Of a stretch of DNA of 64,000 nt, positions 1 through 9,485 are shown piece after piece; the first letter of the stretch is position 1; every line of letters starts with the position of its first letter. This DNA comes from a virus. Its lineage: Duplodnaviria; Caudoviricetes. Location of the stretch: the IMG/VR virus record IMGVR_UViG_3300031912_000871, positions 23,322 to 87,321 of that record; one strand, given 5' to 3'. The notes beneath the pieces were generated by a model, which did not search any database, was not told the DNA's origin, and saw nothing but the letters and a program-made list of their open reading frames with translations. The position numbers and the translations under genes are program-made.

Positions 1-601
1 GCTCCTCGTGGACGACGCTCAGGTCGGCGTCGGTGGGGTCGACCAGGCCGGCCCACACCAGGATGCGGCGCGGGGAAAGGCGGAACGCTCCGCTCTTGCG
101 GACCGACTCCCCGGCCGCTGCGGCCCGCTTCACGACGTCCGGGGCGTAGGGGATCCACCAGACGACGGCGACGAGCAGCGGCAGAACGATCCGCAGCGCG
201 AACTCGGCCGTGGTGGCGGCGGTCAGGGCGACGACGAAGCCCATCGGGACGGCCACGATCCACACGAGCCGGCCGGGCCAGCCGAGGTTCCCGTGCTTCT
301 TGTGGTGGTCGTCGGCGTAGGCGGCGAGGGTGATCAGCACGGCGCTGGTGACGCCGGCCAGCACCCACGCCGCTACGCCCTTCGCGCCGCTGATGACGGC
401 GAGGTGGTGGAGACCCTGCGCCTCCCACAGCAGCACGAGCGGGGTGGTGACGGCGCGGCCGACCTTGGCCAGGGAGCGGCGCCGCACCTGCCACCACAGC
501 AGACCGATCAGTACGGCGGCCAGGGCGGCACCGGTTGGCACGATCATCGCGCCCACCTGGTCGAGGGCCGGCGCCCACTGCGCCGGGTCGAACTGGTCCA
601 C
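1..601 (-). CDS. Multi-pass membrane protein, Spd (plasmid spread)-like; runs off the left edge
   Basis: Not in ORF track; translated by hand from GTG 601 behind RBS GGAGACCCC: MDQFDPAQWAPALDQVGAMIVPTGAALAAVLIGLLWWQ...FRLSPRRILVWAGLVDPTDAD. Several hydrophobic helices; lies downstream of traB. Confidence 0.65.
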   Translation of the reverse strand, partial: MDQFDPAQWAPALDQVGAMIVPTGAALAAVLIGLLWWQVRRRSLAKVGRAVTTPLVLLWEAQGLHHLAVISGAKGVAAWVLAGVTSAVLITLAAYADDHHKKHGNLGWPGRLVWIVAVPMGFVVALTAATTAEFALRIVLPLLVAVVWWIPYAPDVVKRAAAAGESVRKSGAFRLSPRRILVWAGLVDPTDADLSVVHEE

Positions 602-628
602 AGGGGTCTCCTCAGTGTCGGGGCTCGC

Positions 629-847
629 TCAGCCGCTGATCTTCTGGCGCACGGAGTTGTCGGAGGCGTAGTCGAGGTGGCGGGCCAGCGCGCGCTTCGG
701 CACGCGGTGAACGCGCACCAGGCGGAGCAGACGCGCGCCGAGGGTGCCGCGTAGCTCGGCGACGCGCGCCTCCAGCTGCTCGATCTCGTCCTTCGCGGCG
801 CGTGCCGCGTCGAGGTCGGCGCGCGCGTCGGGGGGCAGGGTCTCCAT
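629..847 (-). CDS. Small coiled-coil/HTH-like protein
   Basis: METLPPDARADLDAARAAKDEIEQLEARVAELRG...VPKRALARHLDYASDNSVRQKISG; ATG 847 with TACGGT -10-like hexamer just upstream. Confidence 0.6.
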   Translation of the reverse strand: METLPPDARADLDAARAAKDEIEQLEARVAELRGTLGARLLRLVRVHRVPKRALARHLDYASDNSVRQKISG

Positions 848-929
848 GTCGGAGCACCGTACCGTCGGGCGCGCACTGGTGTGCGCGGTCGGGGCGGGGT
901 GAGCGTGTCGCAGATGCATCGGCGCGCTC

Positions 930-1313
930 CTAGCGGGCGATGGCGCGCGCCGGGCGCGCGTTGGAGGTGAGGGGGTTCGCGCGCCGGGGCGCGCTGGCGG
1001 GGAGTTCCGGCGCGCGGCGGGGCGTGCCAGCGATCTGGGTGAGCGCGGCGGCGAGCTGATCGGCGACCACCTCGGCGCGTAGCGCGGCGCGGTGGTCGCT
1101 GGGCAGCGGCGCGGAGAGAGTCACGTCGAGCCGAACCCGCCGGCCGGGGATCTGGGTGAGGGTGGCGACGACGACGCCGAGGTCCGGAACGTGCCGGCGG
1201 ATCGGCTCGCTGCGGTGCTCGCCGGACAGGCTGAGGGCTTGGCAACGGGGGACGTCGCACCACTCGGGGTGGGTCTTCGGCGGGCGGGTCCAGCGGCGGC
1301 CGGTGATGGTCAC
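930..1313 (-). CDS. Hypothetical protein of conjugative module (HPEWC...C...H motif)
   Basis: GTG 1313 overlaps traB stop (GTGA); MTITGRRWTRPPKTHPEWCDVPRCQALSLSGEHRS. Confidence 0.6.
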   Translation of the reverse strand: MTITGRRWTRPPKTHPEWCDVPRCQALSLSGEHRSEPIRRHVPDLGVVVATLTQIPGRRVRLDVTLSAPLPSDHRAALRAEVVADQLAAALTQIAGTPRRAPELPASAPRRANPLTSNARPARAIAR

Positions 1314-3427
1314 GCTACCTCCTGAAGCTGCCGGGCGGTACGGGTCGCGAGCGCCCACTCGCCGTCGCGGTCGGTGCGGCGCACGCGGGCGCCGGGTCGG
1401 GACACCTCCCGGCCGAGGGAGGTGGAGACGGTGCTGCGGGTCGCGTTGATGGCGGTGGCGATGACGGAGGTGGTGGCCGGGCCGTGCTCGGTGAGGAAGT
1501 CGACCGCCTTGTCCACGACCGTGCCGCGCGCCCTGGGCTGCGCCGCCGCGGCAGGCGCAGCGGCCGGGACGGGAGCCGGGGAAGGGGCAGGGGCCGGGTT
1601 GGCTGCCTGAACGGTGATGACCTCACGGGCCGGGGCCTCTACGGGCATCGTGGGTTCGGTGGCCCGGTTGTAGCCGGGGCGGACCGCCTTCGGTGCCAGC
1701 GGCGACCGCTTCCACTGCTCGTAGTAGTCGCGGCCCGCGCCGCGGGCGGTGATCTCGTCCAGCGCCGGGCGGCGGGCGGCTGCCGCCTCCGCGTGCTCGA
1801 AGTCGTCCTCGTCCGCGACCGACGGCGTGCGGGAGAACGTGGCGCGGGCGCTGCCGGGGGCGATGGACTCCAGCACGCAGGTGCCCTTGGTGTGCTCGTA
1901 CGGCTGGCCCGGGGGGTGCAGCGGGATCTGGTCCGGTGACGGCATGTGCGCCGAGAGGATCATGCCCTTGCCGACGGGCTCGTTGTTCCGGAACGCGACG
2001 ACGTTGCCCTTGGTGTTCTGCCGGATGGTGTCGTTGTTGCCCAGCTCGGGGATGGACGGCATCTGCACGCCGACGGCCAGGCAGCCGCCGACCTTGCCGT
2101 CGAGCTTGACGATCTCGGCGACGAGGGACCGGCTGTCGGGGTCGTAGCGGAACAGGACGGGAATCTCGTCGGCGGCGACCCACAGGATCGGCATGTACTC
2201 GCCGAGGCGCATGGGCTGCCCGTCGACCAGCACCATGATGTCCGGGTCGTAGCGGGCGATGCCGTGGCGGATCTTGCCCTTGCTGGTCTGGAACGGCAGC
2301 TCACCGAGGACCGCGGACCGGGCGAACAGGGCGTTGCGGAACGCCTCCAGCAGCTCGATGCACTGCTCCGGGTCGCGGGCGATGTAGTCGGCCTGGCCCT
2401 CCTTGCCAGCCCAGGCCGGGAAGGACTGGCCGCCCTGCGGGCACGCCGCCCACGGCACGACCAGGCCGGTGTCGGTGACCTGGGTGCAGGCGGTGGAGAA
2501 GCCCTTACTCTTCCCGGACCCCGAGTCGCCGGCGAACACCGAGTTGACGGTGCCGGCCTGCGGCACGTAGATCGCGAACCGGCCCCGCGCCCCGTCGGGG
2601 TAGGTGGTGAGGGCTACGGAGCCGTGCTCCAGGCCCTTCCAGCTGTCGTCGTAGTCGGTCTTCGCGTACGTCTTGTTGGCGTTGACCTTCATAACGCGGG
2701 CGGTGTCGAGACGCTCCGACGCCTCCGGCTCGACCACGAACTCACCGCGCGAGCACCGGTATGCGGAGCCGATGAACTCCTGAGCGGCGACGGCCTGGCC
2801 GGTGGTGAACAGGCCCGGCTCCCCGACGATCACGCCTTCCCACTCGATGTTGCCCTTGCCGGGCTTCACGTCGATCAGCTCGGTGCCGGCGAGCCTCCGG
2901 TTCGGGGCACCCAGCTTCTCCGCCCAGATGACCTGCTGCGGGGTCAGCGGCTTCGGGCGGCGTACCCGCCGGTCCCAGATCCACGGGCCGGCGGCGGCGA
3001 TGGTGAGCGCGGCGTGGATGCCGGCGGTCCAGGTCAGCGGCAGGGTCCAGGTGGTGAGGATCAGGGACCAGACGGCGGCGGTGGTGAGGCACGCCCAGGC
3101 GTAGACCTGCTTCGCGCGGCGGAGCTTGCGGCTCTGCCTGCTGCGGCGGCGGATCCAGAGGGCGAGGTAGACGGCGGCGATCGCGGTGCCGGCGGTGACG
3201 GTCTGCCATGGCTTGTGGGTGCCGTGGAGCAGCACCGCGGCGATGGCCAGCCAGAGGGAGGCGTAGAGCGGGGCGAGCAGCTGCCGGTACCGCCAGCCGT
3301 AGCGCAGCGACAGCCGGATGACCCAGGTGATCGCGCGGACGAGGCCGCTGATGAGGGCGCCGAGCGCGCGCAGCGGCCACCACACGCGGCGGCGCGGCGC
3401 GGGTTGCTGCTGGGTCTTGCCGAACAC
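1310..3427 (-). CDS. traB: FtsK/SpoIIIE-family conjugative DNA translocase (TraB-like)
   Basis: N-terminal TM helices, Walker A AGDSGSGKS, Walker B WVAADE, GVQMPSIPELG motif, C-terminal wHTH (GPATTSVIATAINATRSTVSTSLGR). RBS AAGGAGG before GTG 3427. Confidence 0.85.
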   Translation of the reverse strand: MFGKTQQQPAPRRRVWWPLRALGALISGLVRAITWVIRLSLRYGWRYRQLLAPLYASLWLAIAAVLLHGTHKPWQTVTAGTAIAAVYLALWIRRRSRQSRKLRRAKQVYAWACLTTAAVWSLILTTWTLPLTWTAGIHAALTIAAAGPWIWDRRVRRPKPLTPQQVIWAEKLGAPNRRLAGTELIDVKPGKGNIEWEGVIVGEPGLFTTGQAVAAQEFIGSAYRCSRGEFVVEPEASERLDTARVMKVNANKTYAKTDYDDSWKGLEHGSVALTTYPDGARGRFAIYVPQAGTVNSVFAGDSGSGKSKGFSTACTQVTDTGLVVPWAACPQGGQSFPAWAGKEGQADYIARDPEQCIELLEAFRNALFARSAVLGELPFQTSKGKIRHGIARYDPDIMVLVDGQPMRLGEYMPILWVAADEIPVLFRYDPDSRSLVAEIVKLDGKVGGCLAVGVQMPSIPELGNNDTIRQNTKGNVVAFRNNEPVGKGMILSAHMPSPDQIPLHPPGQPYEHTKGTCVLESIAPGSARATFSRTPSVADEDDFEHAEAAAARRPALDEITARGAGRDYYEQWKRSPLAPKAVRPGYNRATEPTMPVEAPAREVITVQAANPAPAPSPAPVPAAAPAAAAQPRARGTVVDKAVDFLTEHGPATTSVIATAINATRSTVSTSLGREVSRPGARVRRTDRDGEWALATRTARQLQEVA

Positions 3428-3488
3428 GGCTTCCTCCTTCTTCGTGGGGGCGGCCCCGGGCCGGAGTGGTCCGGGGCCGCCGGGTTGA

Positions 3489-3872
3489 TCAGTTGGTGCG
3501 GGTGGTGGTGTTCGGTCCGGCGCCGTACGTCTCGCGTTGGGCGAGGCCACCGGCGGCCTGGCCGCGTTCGCGGATGGACAGGTGCTGGTCGATCAGGCCG
3601 AGGATCGTGCTGGCGATGCCGCGGCTGGCGTCGGCGTGCTTAGCGCGGTCGGTGGCGGCCTGGGCGCGCTGCTGCGCGCGGTCGCGGAGACGACCGACGG
3701 CCGCGACACCGGCCCCGGTCGGGCCGAACAGCCGGATCATGTTGCCGTGGAAGCGGTCGAACCGGGCGAGGTCCTCGTCTGCGAGCTGGCGGGCGGCGCG
3801 GGCGTCCTCGACGTCCCGGGAGGCCGTCACCTGGAGGTCTCCGGCGTACCGCTTCGCGTCGGTGAGGTTCAT
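3489..3872 (-). CDS. Helical hypothetical protein, conjugation operon
   Basis: 127 aa, RBS AGGAG, co-directional with traB. Confidence 0.65.
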   Translation of the reverse strand: MNLTDAKRYAGDLQVTASRDVEDARAARQLADEDLARFDRFHGNMIRLFGPTGAGVAAVGRLRDRAQQRAQAATDRAKHADASRGIASTILGLIDQHLSIRERGQAAGGLAQRETYGAGPNTTTRTN

Positions 3873-3886
3873 CTGGATGCTCCTGT

Positions 3887-5308
3887 TCAGATGGCGTAGG
3901 CGTCGGTGACGGCCATGCCGCCGGCCTGGTCGACGGCGGCCTTGACCTGCCGGTGCGGGTCGACCTCGGAGAGGGCCTGCCGGGCGTCGGAGAGGGTGCC
4001 GTCGGCCGCGGCGATCCGGGCGGCGGCGGCGTTGACGCGGCCGTTCGTGTGGTCGGCGAGGTCGCGGACAGCGCCGATCACGTCATCGGGGAAGTTGTAG
4101 CCCTCCACCCAGTGCTTGAGATCGGTGTGCCACTTGGCTTCCTCCATGACCCGCTGGAGGTAGGACTGGGCGTCCTCCCGCTCGGCTTCCTGCTCGCGGA
4201 TGATGCTGTCCAGCTCGGCGCGGACCTGCTCCAGGTTCCGCACGTCACCGCCGGTCGCGGTCTCGATCGGCACCGTGGTGCCCCCTTCGGTCGTCGTGGT
4301 GTTGTCGCTGGCCAGTCGCAGGTGGCGGCGGTTGGTCCGCTCCTGCTCGTCGGCTGTCTTGGCGTGCCGCTTGCACAGGTCGCCGACCTCGGTGGCCTCG
4401 TCGGTGCACCGCTCGCCCGGACCCTGACCGCCGATCGGGGGCGACACGTGCCGGCACTGGCTGGTCCGGGCGTTCTCGGCGGCGACCAGCGCGTCGTGGC
4501 GGGTGCAGTAGCCGTTGCCGAGCTGCTCGTCGCGCAGGTCGGTGCAGTTCGAGCGGCCGGTGTTGTAGCGGCACAGGCGGTGAGGTTCGTCGCGGGCGAC
4601 CTTCTTGAGCTCCTCGGTGAGGGTCTGCTGCTTCTCGATGGTGTCGATGCAGGTCTGGCAGTACGGCTCGCCGGGGGCCTTCGGGTTGGTGCACTGCTGG
4701 GTGCTCGGCCACGGCAGCGGGAACCTCTGGCACGTGTCGTCCTGCTGCTCGGCCGGGGCGGCCGGCTTCGTTTCCGGTGCGGCTGTGGGCACCGGCTTGG
4801 CCTTGCGGTCGGCGGTGGTGTTGCAGTCGACGCACTTGTCTCCGGGCAGGAGGATGGTCTTGCAGTCGGGGCAGCGCTGCCAGCGGGAGTCGGTCTTCCA
4901 GTCGTACTGGCACAGCTCCCGCTTGCGGTTCTGGTGCTGCGCGGGCCAGCCCATCTTGGCGAGGTTGGCGCGGCAGTCGGCCTGCGGGCATAGGCCCGGT
5001 TCGTCCGTGCCCGCCTCCTTCTTGGTGCGCTGCTCGTACCACTTCCGGGCGGTCGCGGATCCGGTGGGCCAGCCCTCCTTCATGCCCTTGGCGAAGCCGC
5101 GCAGGTAGAGGAAACCGCCGACGGCGCCGGTGGCGATCGCGGCGCCCACCTTGACGCCTGCGGGGGCCGGTTCGGGGCTGGAGCCCTTCCACGCCTCGAC
5201 GCGGCCCCGGTAGAAGCCGGCGACGGCGGCCTTGCCTTTCCCTCCGGCCTTATAGATCACGGTCGCGATGACGGCGATCCAGATCAGGCCGATCCACGTG
5301 ATCTCCAT
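3887..5308 (-). CDS. Membrane-anchored protein with several Cys/His zinc-finger-like motifs and C-terminal helical domain
   Basis: N-terminal TM; CPDC..CVDC, C..C..CQTC and two C..C..CxxH clusters; C-terminal ETATGGDVRNLEQVRAEL coiled region. Confidence 0.7.
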   Translation of the reverse strand: MEITWIGLIWIAVIATVIYKAGGKGKAAVAGFYRGRVEAWKGSSPEPAPAGVKVGAAIATGAVGGFLYLRGFAKGMKEGWPTGSATARKWYEQRTKKEAGTDEPGLCPQADCRANLAKMGWPAQHQNRKRELCQYDWKTDSRWQRCPDCKTILLPGDKCVDCNTTADRKAKPVPTAAPETKPAAPAEQQDDTCQRFPLPWPSTQQCTNPKAPGEPYCQTCIDTIEKQQTLTEELKKVARDEPHRLCRYNTGRSNCTDLRDEQLGNGYCTRHDALVAAENARTSQCRHVSPPIGGQGPGERCTDEATEVGDLCKRHAKTADEQERTNRRHLRLASDNTTTTEGGTTVPIETATGGDVRNLEQVRAELDSIIREQEAEREDAQSYLQRVMEEAKWHTDLKHWVEGYNFPDDVIGAVRDLADHTNGRVNAAAARIAAADGTLSDARQALSEVDPHRQVKAAVDQAGGMAVTDAYAI

Positions 5309-5310
5309 CG

Positions 5311-5763
5311 TTACTTCTTTCCGGTGCCGGTGAAGGAGCCGACGATGCTGCCGACGAACTCGGTGATGCCCTTGACCAGCTGCTCCAGGCCGTCACCGAA
5401 GTCGCCGGTGGCGGACCGGACAGCGAGGGGGAGCAGCGCGGCGGCGGCGAGGGTGATCCAGTCGACCTGCTTGCGCCACATGTGCACGGCAACCACGAAG
5501 AAGGCCGCCAGGGCGATGAGGCCGGAGACCTTCGCGTCGAGCTTGTCCATGGTGAGCTTGTCGATCAGCTTGGTGATGGAACCGACCGCGCCGTCCGCCT
5601 GCTCGCCGGCCCAGGTGGTGATGAGGCCGGACACCCCGGTCATGACGAGGACTGTGGTGACGCGCGGCAGCATCCGGTTGCCGACCGTCCAGAGCAGAGT
5701 GGCGATGACGAGGCAGGCGAGGCCGGCCCCGGCGGACACCGCGTAGGTGGCCTCGGGCTTCAT
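5311..5763 (-). CDS. Four-helix membrane protein (Spd-like)
   Basis: 150 aa, four hydrophobic segments, 2 nt upstream of the next gene in the operon. Confidence 0.7.
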   Translation of the reverse strand: MKPEATYAVSAGAGLACLVIATLLWTVGNRMLPRVTTVLVMTGVSGLITTWAGEQADGAVGSITKLIDKLTMDKLDAKVSGLIALAAFFVVAVHMWRKQVDWITLAAAALLPLAVRSATGDFGDGLEQLVKGITEFVGSIVGSFTGTGKK

Positions 5764-5772
5764 GGGGGGTCC

Positions 5773-6030
5773 TTACTGCGAGAGTGTCTGGATGTCGCGG
5801 AGCAGGTCGTCGAGACCGACGTGGACCTTCCGCCAGGCGGCGGCGCGCTGCGCCGGCCGGAGACGCATGACGGCCGCGCGCACCTGGTCGTAGCGCACGG
5901 CGGCCTGGGCGGCCGGGTCGTCGCCGGCCTCGGCCCACTTGCGTCTCCAGGTCGCGTCTTCGCGCTGTTCCCGGCGGCTCTTGCGGGTCGACTTGACCGG
6001 GCGGCCCGGCTTGCGGTTGAGGATGTTCAC
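5773..6030 (-). CDS. Hypothetical protein
   Basis: GTG 6030 overlaps stop of upstream gene; MNILNRKPGRPVKSTRKSRREQREDATWRRKW. Confidence 0.6.
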   Translation of the reverse strand: MNILNRKPGRPVKSTRKSRREQREDATWRRKWAEAGDDPAAQAAVRYDQVRAAVMRLRPAQRAAAWRKVHVGLDDLLRDIQTLSQ

Positions 6031-6275
6031 CGGGTCACCACCGTCGCGCCGGAGCGGGCGACGGTGACGGTGGCGATGACCATGCCGCCGCCGAGCCGGT
6101 GCACCCGCAGGGTCCACTTCGTCAGGTCGGTGTTGAGGGTGCCGGTCTTGGCCTTGACCATCGCCTCGAACTGGGCCCGGAGGGCGGCGTTGTCGGCGGG
6201 GTCGATGTTGGCCTCCACCTCGGCCCTGACGAAGAGGCCGCGGTGGAGGCGCAACGTGTACCGGTAGGGGCTCAC
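6027..6275 (-). CDS. Hypothetical protein
   Basis: 82 aa ORF packed between neighbours with overlaps. Confidence 0.6.
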   Translation of the reverse strand: MSPYRYTLRLHRGLFVRAEVEANIDPADNAALRAQFEAMVKAKTGTLNTDLTKWTLRVHRLGGGMVIATVTVARSGATVVTR

Positions 6276-6278
6276 GGG

Positions 6279-6536
6279 TCAGCGGGTGACCTTCGTGCGC
6301 CGGTCGCTGATGATCCCGGCGACGACGGCGATGAGCAGGGCGCCGACGGCGCCGGCGAACGCGCCGTCGGGGTTGCCGCCGGGGGTGTGGCGCTGCACGA
6401 GCGCCACGGCGAGCAGGGTCACCATCGCGCCGAAGGCGAGGATCGTGGCGACGCTGAACGGGTTGATGGTGCTGGTGGGGCGCTGGGTGCGCCCGGGCCC
6501 CGGCATGGTTGCCGGGGCCCGACCGATCTCGGGCAT
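6279..6536 (-). CDS. Two-helix membrane protein, first gene of transfer operon
   Basis: ATG 6536 after GGAGACCCC; two hydrophobic helices. Confidence 0.6.
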   Translation of the reverse strand: MPEIGRAPATMPGPGRTQRPTSTINPFSVATILAFGAMVTLLAVALVQRHTPGGNPDGAFAGAVGALLIAVVAGIISDRRTKVTR

Positions 6537-6559
6537 GGGGTCTCCTTCGCATGAACGCT

Positions 6560-6602
6560 TACGCATAGTTGCGCATTGGCGTGCGCAGTTAGCGTATGCG
6601 GA
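6560..6602. promoter_or_regulatory. AT-richer inverted-repeat region upstream of transfer operon (possible operator)
   Basis: CGCATA...TATGCG arms enclosing two TGCGCA palindromes. Confidence 0.35.
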
Positions 6603-6660
6603 TCCATGCGGGGAGGCAAGGCGCGAACCGGGTGGGTCGGCATGGACGTCGCGCAGATGG

Positions 6661-6695
6661 CGAAAAGCCCCCGACCTGGTGCAGGTCGGGGGCTT
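6661..6695 (-). terminator. Intrinsic terminator after MFS gene
   Basis: AAGCCCCCGACCT-ggtgc-AGGTCGGGGGCTT 13-bp stem, followed by a T-run on the minus strand. Confidence 0.8.
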
Positions 6696-6710
6696 GGCTG
6701 CGCGGCCGAG

Positions 6711-7943
6711 TCAGGGCTTTCGCAGCAGGGTGGGGATGGTCGCGGCGACGGACATGGCGAGGATGACGCCTCCGGCCACCATCGGTGCTCGCAGGCCGGC
6801 ACTGGCGGCGATGAGTCCACCGAGGACCGCGCCGGCCGGTGACGCGCTGTTGGCGACGGTGCGGAACCCGGCGATGACGCGGCCGAGCATGTCCGCCGGG
6901 ACGAGCAGCTGCCGCAGTCCCGCGTTGACGGTGGTGATGAGCGTCTGCGACGCGCCGATGGCGGCGAGCAGCGGCGCCGCCACCCACGGGCTGTCGACCA
7001 CGGCGATGACCGGCCAGGCGGCGGCGTGGGCGACCACGCCGATCAGCAGGGCCGGTTCGGCGCCGACGGCACGGGTGATCCGGTGGGCGAGTGGCCCGAT
7101 GACCACGCCGCCGGCCGCGAGGGCCGCGACGAGCAGCCCGAACCCGGCGTCGGTGACCCGCAGTCCCTGCTCGGAGGTGGCGTAGAGGACGAACGTCGCC
7201 CAGGCCGCGTTGTAGGCGAGGTTCGCGGCGGCGGCGAGGAGCGCGAGCGTACGCAGCCGGCGGTGCCGGGCGAGCCACAGCAGCCCGTCCTTCACGGCCC
7301 GGCCGATCGGGGCGGTGTGGTCACCGGCGGCGCGTAGCCCTCGGGGGAGCCTGGTCAGCAGTGCGGCGCTCGCGGCGAAGCTGGCCGCGTCGACCGCGTA
7401 CGGGACGACTCGGGCCGCGGTGAACGCGGCGGCGCCGACCGGCGGCCCGATCAGGCTCTTCCCGGCGGTGTCGAGAGAGAACATGCGGCCGTTGACGTGG
7501 TGCAGGGTGTCCGGGTCGCGGTGGGCCAGCTCGGCGACGGCGGCCTGGAGGGCGATGTCGTGGAACACCTGCCCGGTGACCACGACGGCGGCGATGACGG
7601 CCAGGATCCACACGGTGGCCACGTCCAGGGCGACCGCCGCGGCGAGCGCGGCGACGGCGACAGCGCGGGTGATGTCGGCCGTCAGGACGGTCGCCCGGTA
7701 CGGCCACCGGTCGACCAGCGCGCCGGCGAACGGCGCGACGACCACCCACGGCAGGTAGCCGATGGCGGTGACGGCGGCGACGGCCGTGGGTGAGCGGGTG
7801 AGGGCGGCGGCGGTCAGCGGCACGGCGGCGAGGAACATGCCGTCGCCGACGCTGGAGACGCCGACGGAGGCGAGGATGGCCCGTAGACCGCGGCCGCCCG
7901 GCCGGGCGGTGTGCTCAGCCGGGCGGGGGTTCGTCACGGTCAT
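6711..7943 (-). CDS. MFS transporter
   Basis: SVGVSSVGDGMFLAAVPL, motif A-like GALVDRWPYRA, about 12 TM helices; ATG overlaps DUF397 stop (TGATG). Confidence 0.9.
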   Translation of the reverse strand: MTVTNPRPAEHTARPGGRGLRAILASVGVSSVGDGMFLAAVPLTAAALTRSPTAVAAVTAIGYLPWVVVAPFAGALVDRWPYRATVLTADITRAVAVAALAAAVALDVATVWILAVIAAVVVTGQVFHDIALQAAVAELAHRDPDTLHHVNGRMFSLDTAGKSLIGPPVGAAAFTAARVVPYAVDAASFAASAALLTRLPRGLRAAGDHTAPIGRAVKDGLLWLARHRRLRTLALLAAAANLAYNAAWATFVLYATSEQGLRVTDAGFGLLVAALAAGGVVIGPLAHRITRAVGAEPALLIGVVAHAAAWPVIAVVDSPWVAAPLLAAIGASQTLITTVNAGLRQLLVPADMLGRVIAGFRTVANSASPAGAVLGGLIAASAGLRAPMVAGGVILAMSVAATIPTLLRKP

Positions 7944-8155
7944 CAGTCGTGGTAGCCGGACCGGATCGCGGCCACGAAGGTGTCCCACTCGCGCGGGTTG
8001 TAGAACTGGGTGCCGCCGTCGGGGTTCTTGCTGTCGCGGATGGCGCGCCATCCGGTCGGGTGCTTCGCCACGGTGACGCAGCTGCCCTCGTTGCTGCTGG
8101 TGTCGAACGGGCCGAACTCGTTCAGCGGCGGCGGGGTCTTGTCCGTGCGGTCCAT
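7943..8155 (-). CDS. DUF397 protein
   Basis: SSNEGSCVTVA...AIRDSKNPDGGTQFY...EWDTFVAAIRSG is the DUF397 pattern. Confidence 0.9.
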   Translation of the reverse strand: MDRTDKTPPPLNEFGPFDTSSNEGSCVTVAKHPTGWRAIRDSKNPDGGTQFYNPREWDTFVAAIRSGYHD

Positions 8156-8192
8156 CGAATCTCCTCTACGGTCGACGCCCCGCAGCGTGGTG

Positions 8193-9047
8193 CTACGAGG
8201 CGGTTGTGGCCATCTGCTCGATGAAGGTCAGGGACTCGGCCGGCGGAAGCGCGGCGGCCGTCATCCGGTCGAACACGGTGGCGAAGTCGCTGGTCTCCGT
8301 ATCGCCGGCGAAGGTGATCTCGGCGGCGGCGGTCTCCACGATCACCAGCGGGTCGTCGTCGGGGAACGAGTGGAGCGTGAACCCGCTGGTGGGCAGCGCC
8401 GTCATCGGCGTGCCGGTGGGGATGACCTGCACGGTGATGGTGTCCACGTCGGCGGTGTCGAGGATGCTTTGCCACACGCCGGGGCGGGGGTCGACGTCGC
8501 CGGCGGGCCGCCACCGCAGTGCCGCTTCGGTGAGGACGGCGTGGTAGGTCGGCGCGCCGGGTGCCCGCATGCGGGTGACCCGCTCGACTCGGGCCTGCAC
8601 GGCGGCGGTCACGTCCCGCTCGCCGTGCAGGTTCGCGGCGGTGATGCAGGCGCGGGCGTAGTCGGCGGTGTGGAACAGCCCGGGGACGACCAGCGGCTGG
8701 AAGTGGCGCACGAGGGTCGCCCGGCCGTCGAGATTGGTCAGTTCCAGCTGGCGCACTTCGAGGGAGCCCCGGTGGAGGTCCCGCAGGGTGGTGACGCCGT
8801 GCTCGATAGCCTCGGCCAGGGCGAGGGCCCGATCCCGCGTGGGCTGGTCGACGTAGCAGGCGTCCAGCCAAGCGGTGATGTCGGCGATCGGCGGCCACAG
8901 CTCGCCGCTCTCGATCCGCGAGACCTTGGACTGGCTGACACCGATCCGCTCGGCCAGCTGCTTGCCGGACAGGCCGCGGGTGCGTCGGGCCACGCGCAGC
9001 TGTGCCCCCAGGCGGAGCCGGAGAGCAGAGCGAAGCGGGTCCGACAC
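8193..9047 (-). CDS. XRE HTH + DUF5753 regulator
   Basis: LGAQLRVARRTRGLSGKQLAERIGVSQSKVSRIESG; FQPLVVPGLFHTADYARA; VLTEAALRW; adjacent DUF397. Confidence 0.9.
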   Translation of the reverse strand: MSDPLRSALRLRLGAQLRVARRTRGLSGKQLAERIGVSQSKVSRIESGELWPPIADITAWLDACYVDQPTRDRALALAEAIEHGVTTLRDLHRGSLEVRQLELTNLDGRATLVRHFQPLVVPGLFHTADYARACITAANLHGERDVTAAVQARVERVTRMRAPGAPTYHAVLTEAALRWRPAGDVDPRPGVWQSILDTADVDTITVQVIPTGTPMTALPTSGFTLHSFPDDDPLVIVETAAAEITFAGDTETSDFATVFDRMTAAALPPAESLTFIEQMATTAS

Positions 9048-9230
9048 GGGTTCTCCTCGGGTTGAGCTACCGGCAGGGTATGCGGGTTTATGCGGGACAG
9101 CAAGGAGGGCGCCAGCACTTCTGCTGGCGCCCTCCGCGCGTTTCAGCGGCCAGGCACCGGTTCGCTCACCCGGTCCCGTGGCCGTCCTCACGTTGTACGG
9201 CATCCGGCCGGCTACCGTCTTGGGGCAAGA

Positions 9231-9485
9231 TCATCGGAGCCTCCGTCGGGCTTGCTGGCTGCTCTGCCGCATCGCCGCGTCGAGGGCGTTGTGGTCGACC
9301 ATCAGGATCTGGCCGGGCAGACACGCCGGCGACTCGTGCACGTCGAACTGATCGCCCATGTCGTGCTCGGTGAGCAGCTGCCGTACCTCCGTCACCCGGC
9401 CGGGCTCGCAGTAGACGGTCCTCCGCTCGTCCTCGATGACCTGCGCCCAGAACCGCACCTCGGCCTCAGCGTCGCCGCCGGTCAC
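9231..9485 (-). CDS. Hypothetical protein
   Basis: 84 aa, GTGA overlap with ATPase stop. Confidence 0.6.
   Translation of the reverse strand: MTGGDAEAEVRFWAQVIEDERRTVYCEPGRVTEVRQLLTEHDMGDQFDVHESPACLPGQILMVDHNALDAAMRQSSQQARRRLR

Noticed and set aside
8-754. Plus-strand ORF 8-754 and other long antisense ORFs (1946-3643, 33746-35359, 35323-37332, 43090-45255)
   Set aside because: Antisense shadows of well-supported minus-strand genes in high-GC DNA.
900-3500. clt locus (8-bp TraB recognition repeats)
   Set aside because: No clear ordered 8-bp repeat array distinguishable from GC-rich background.
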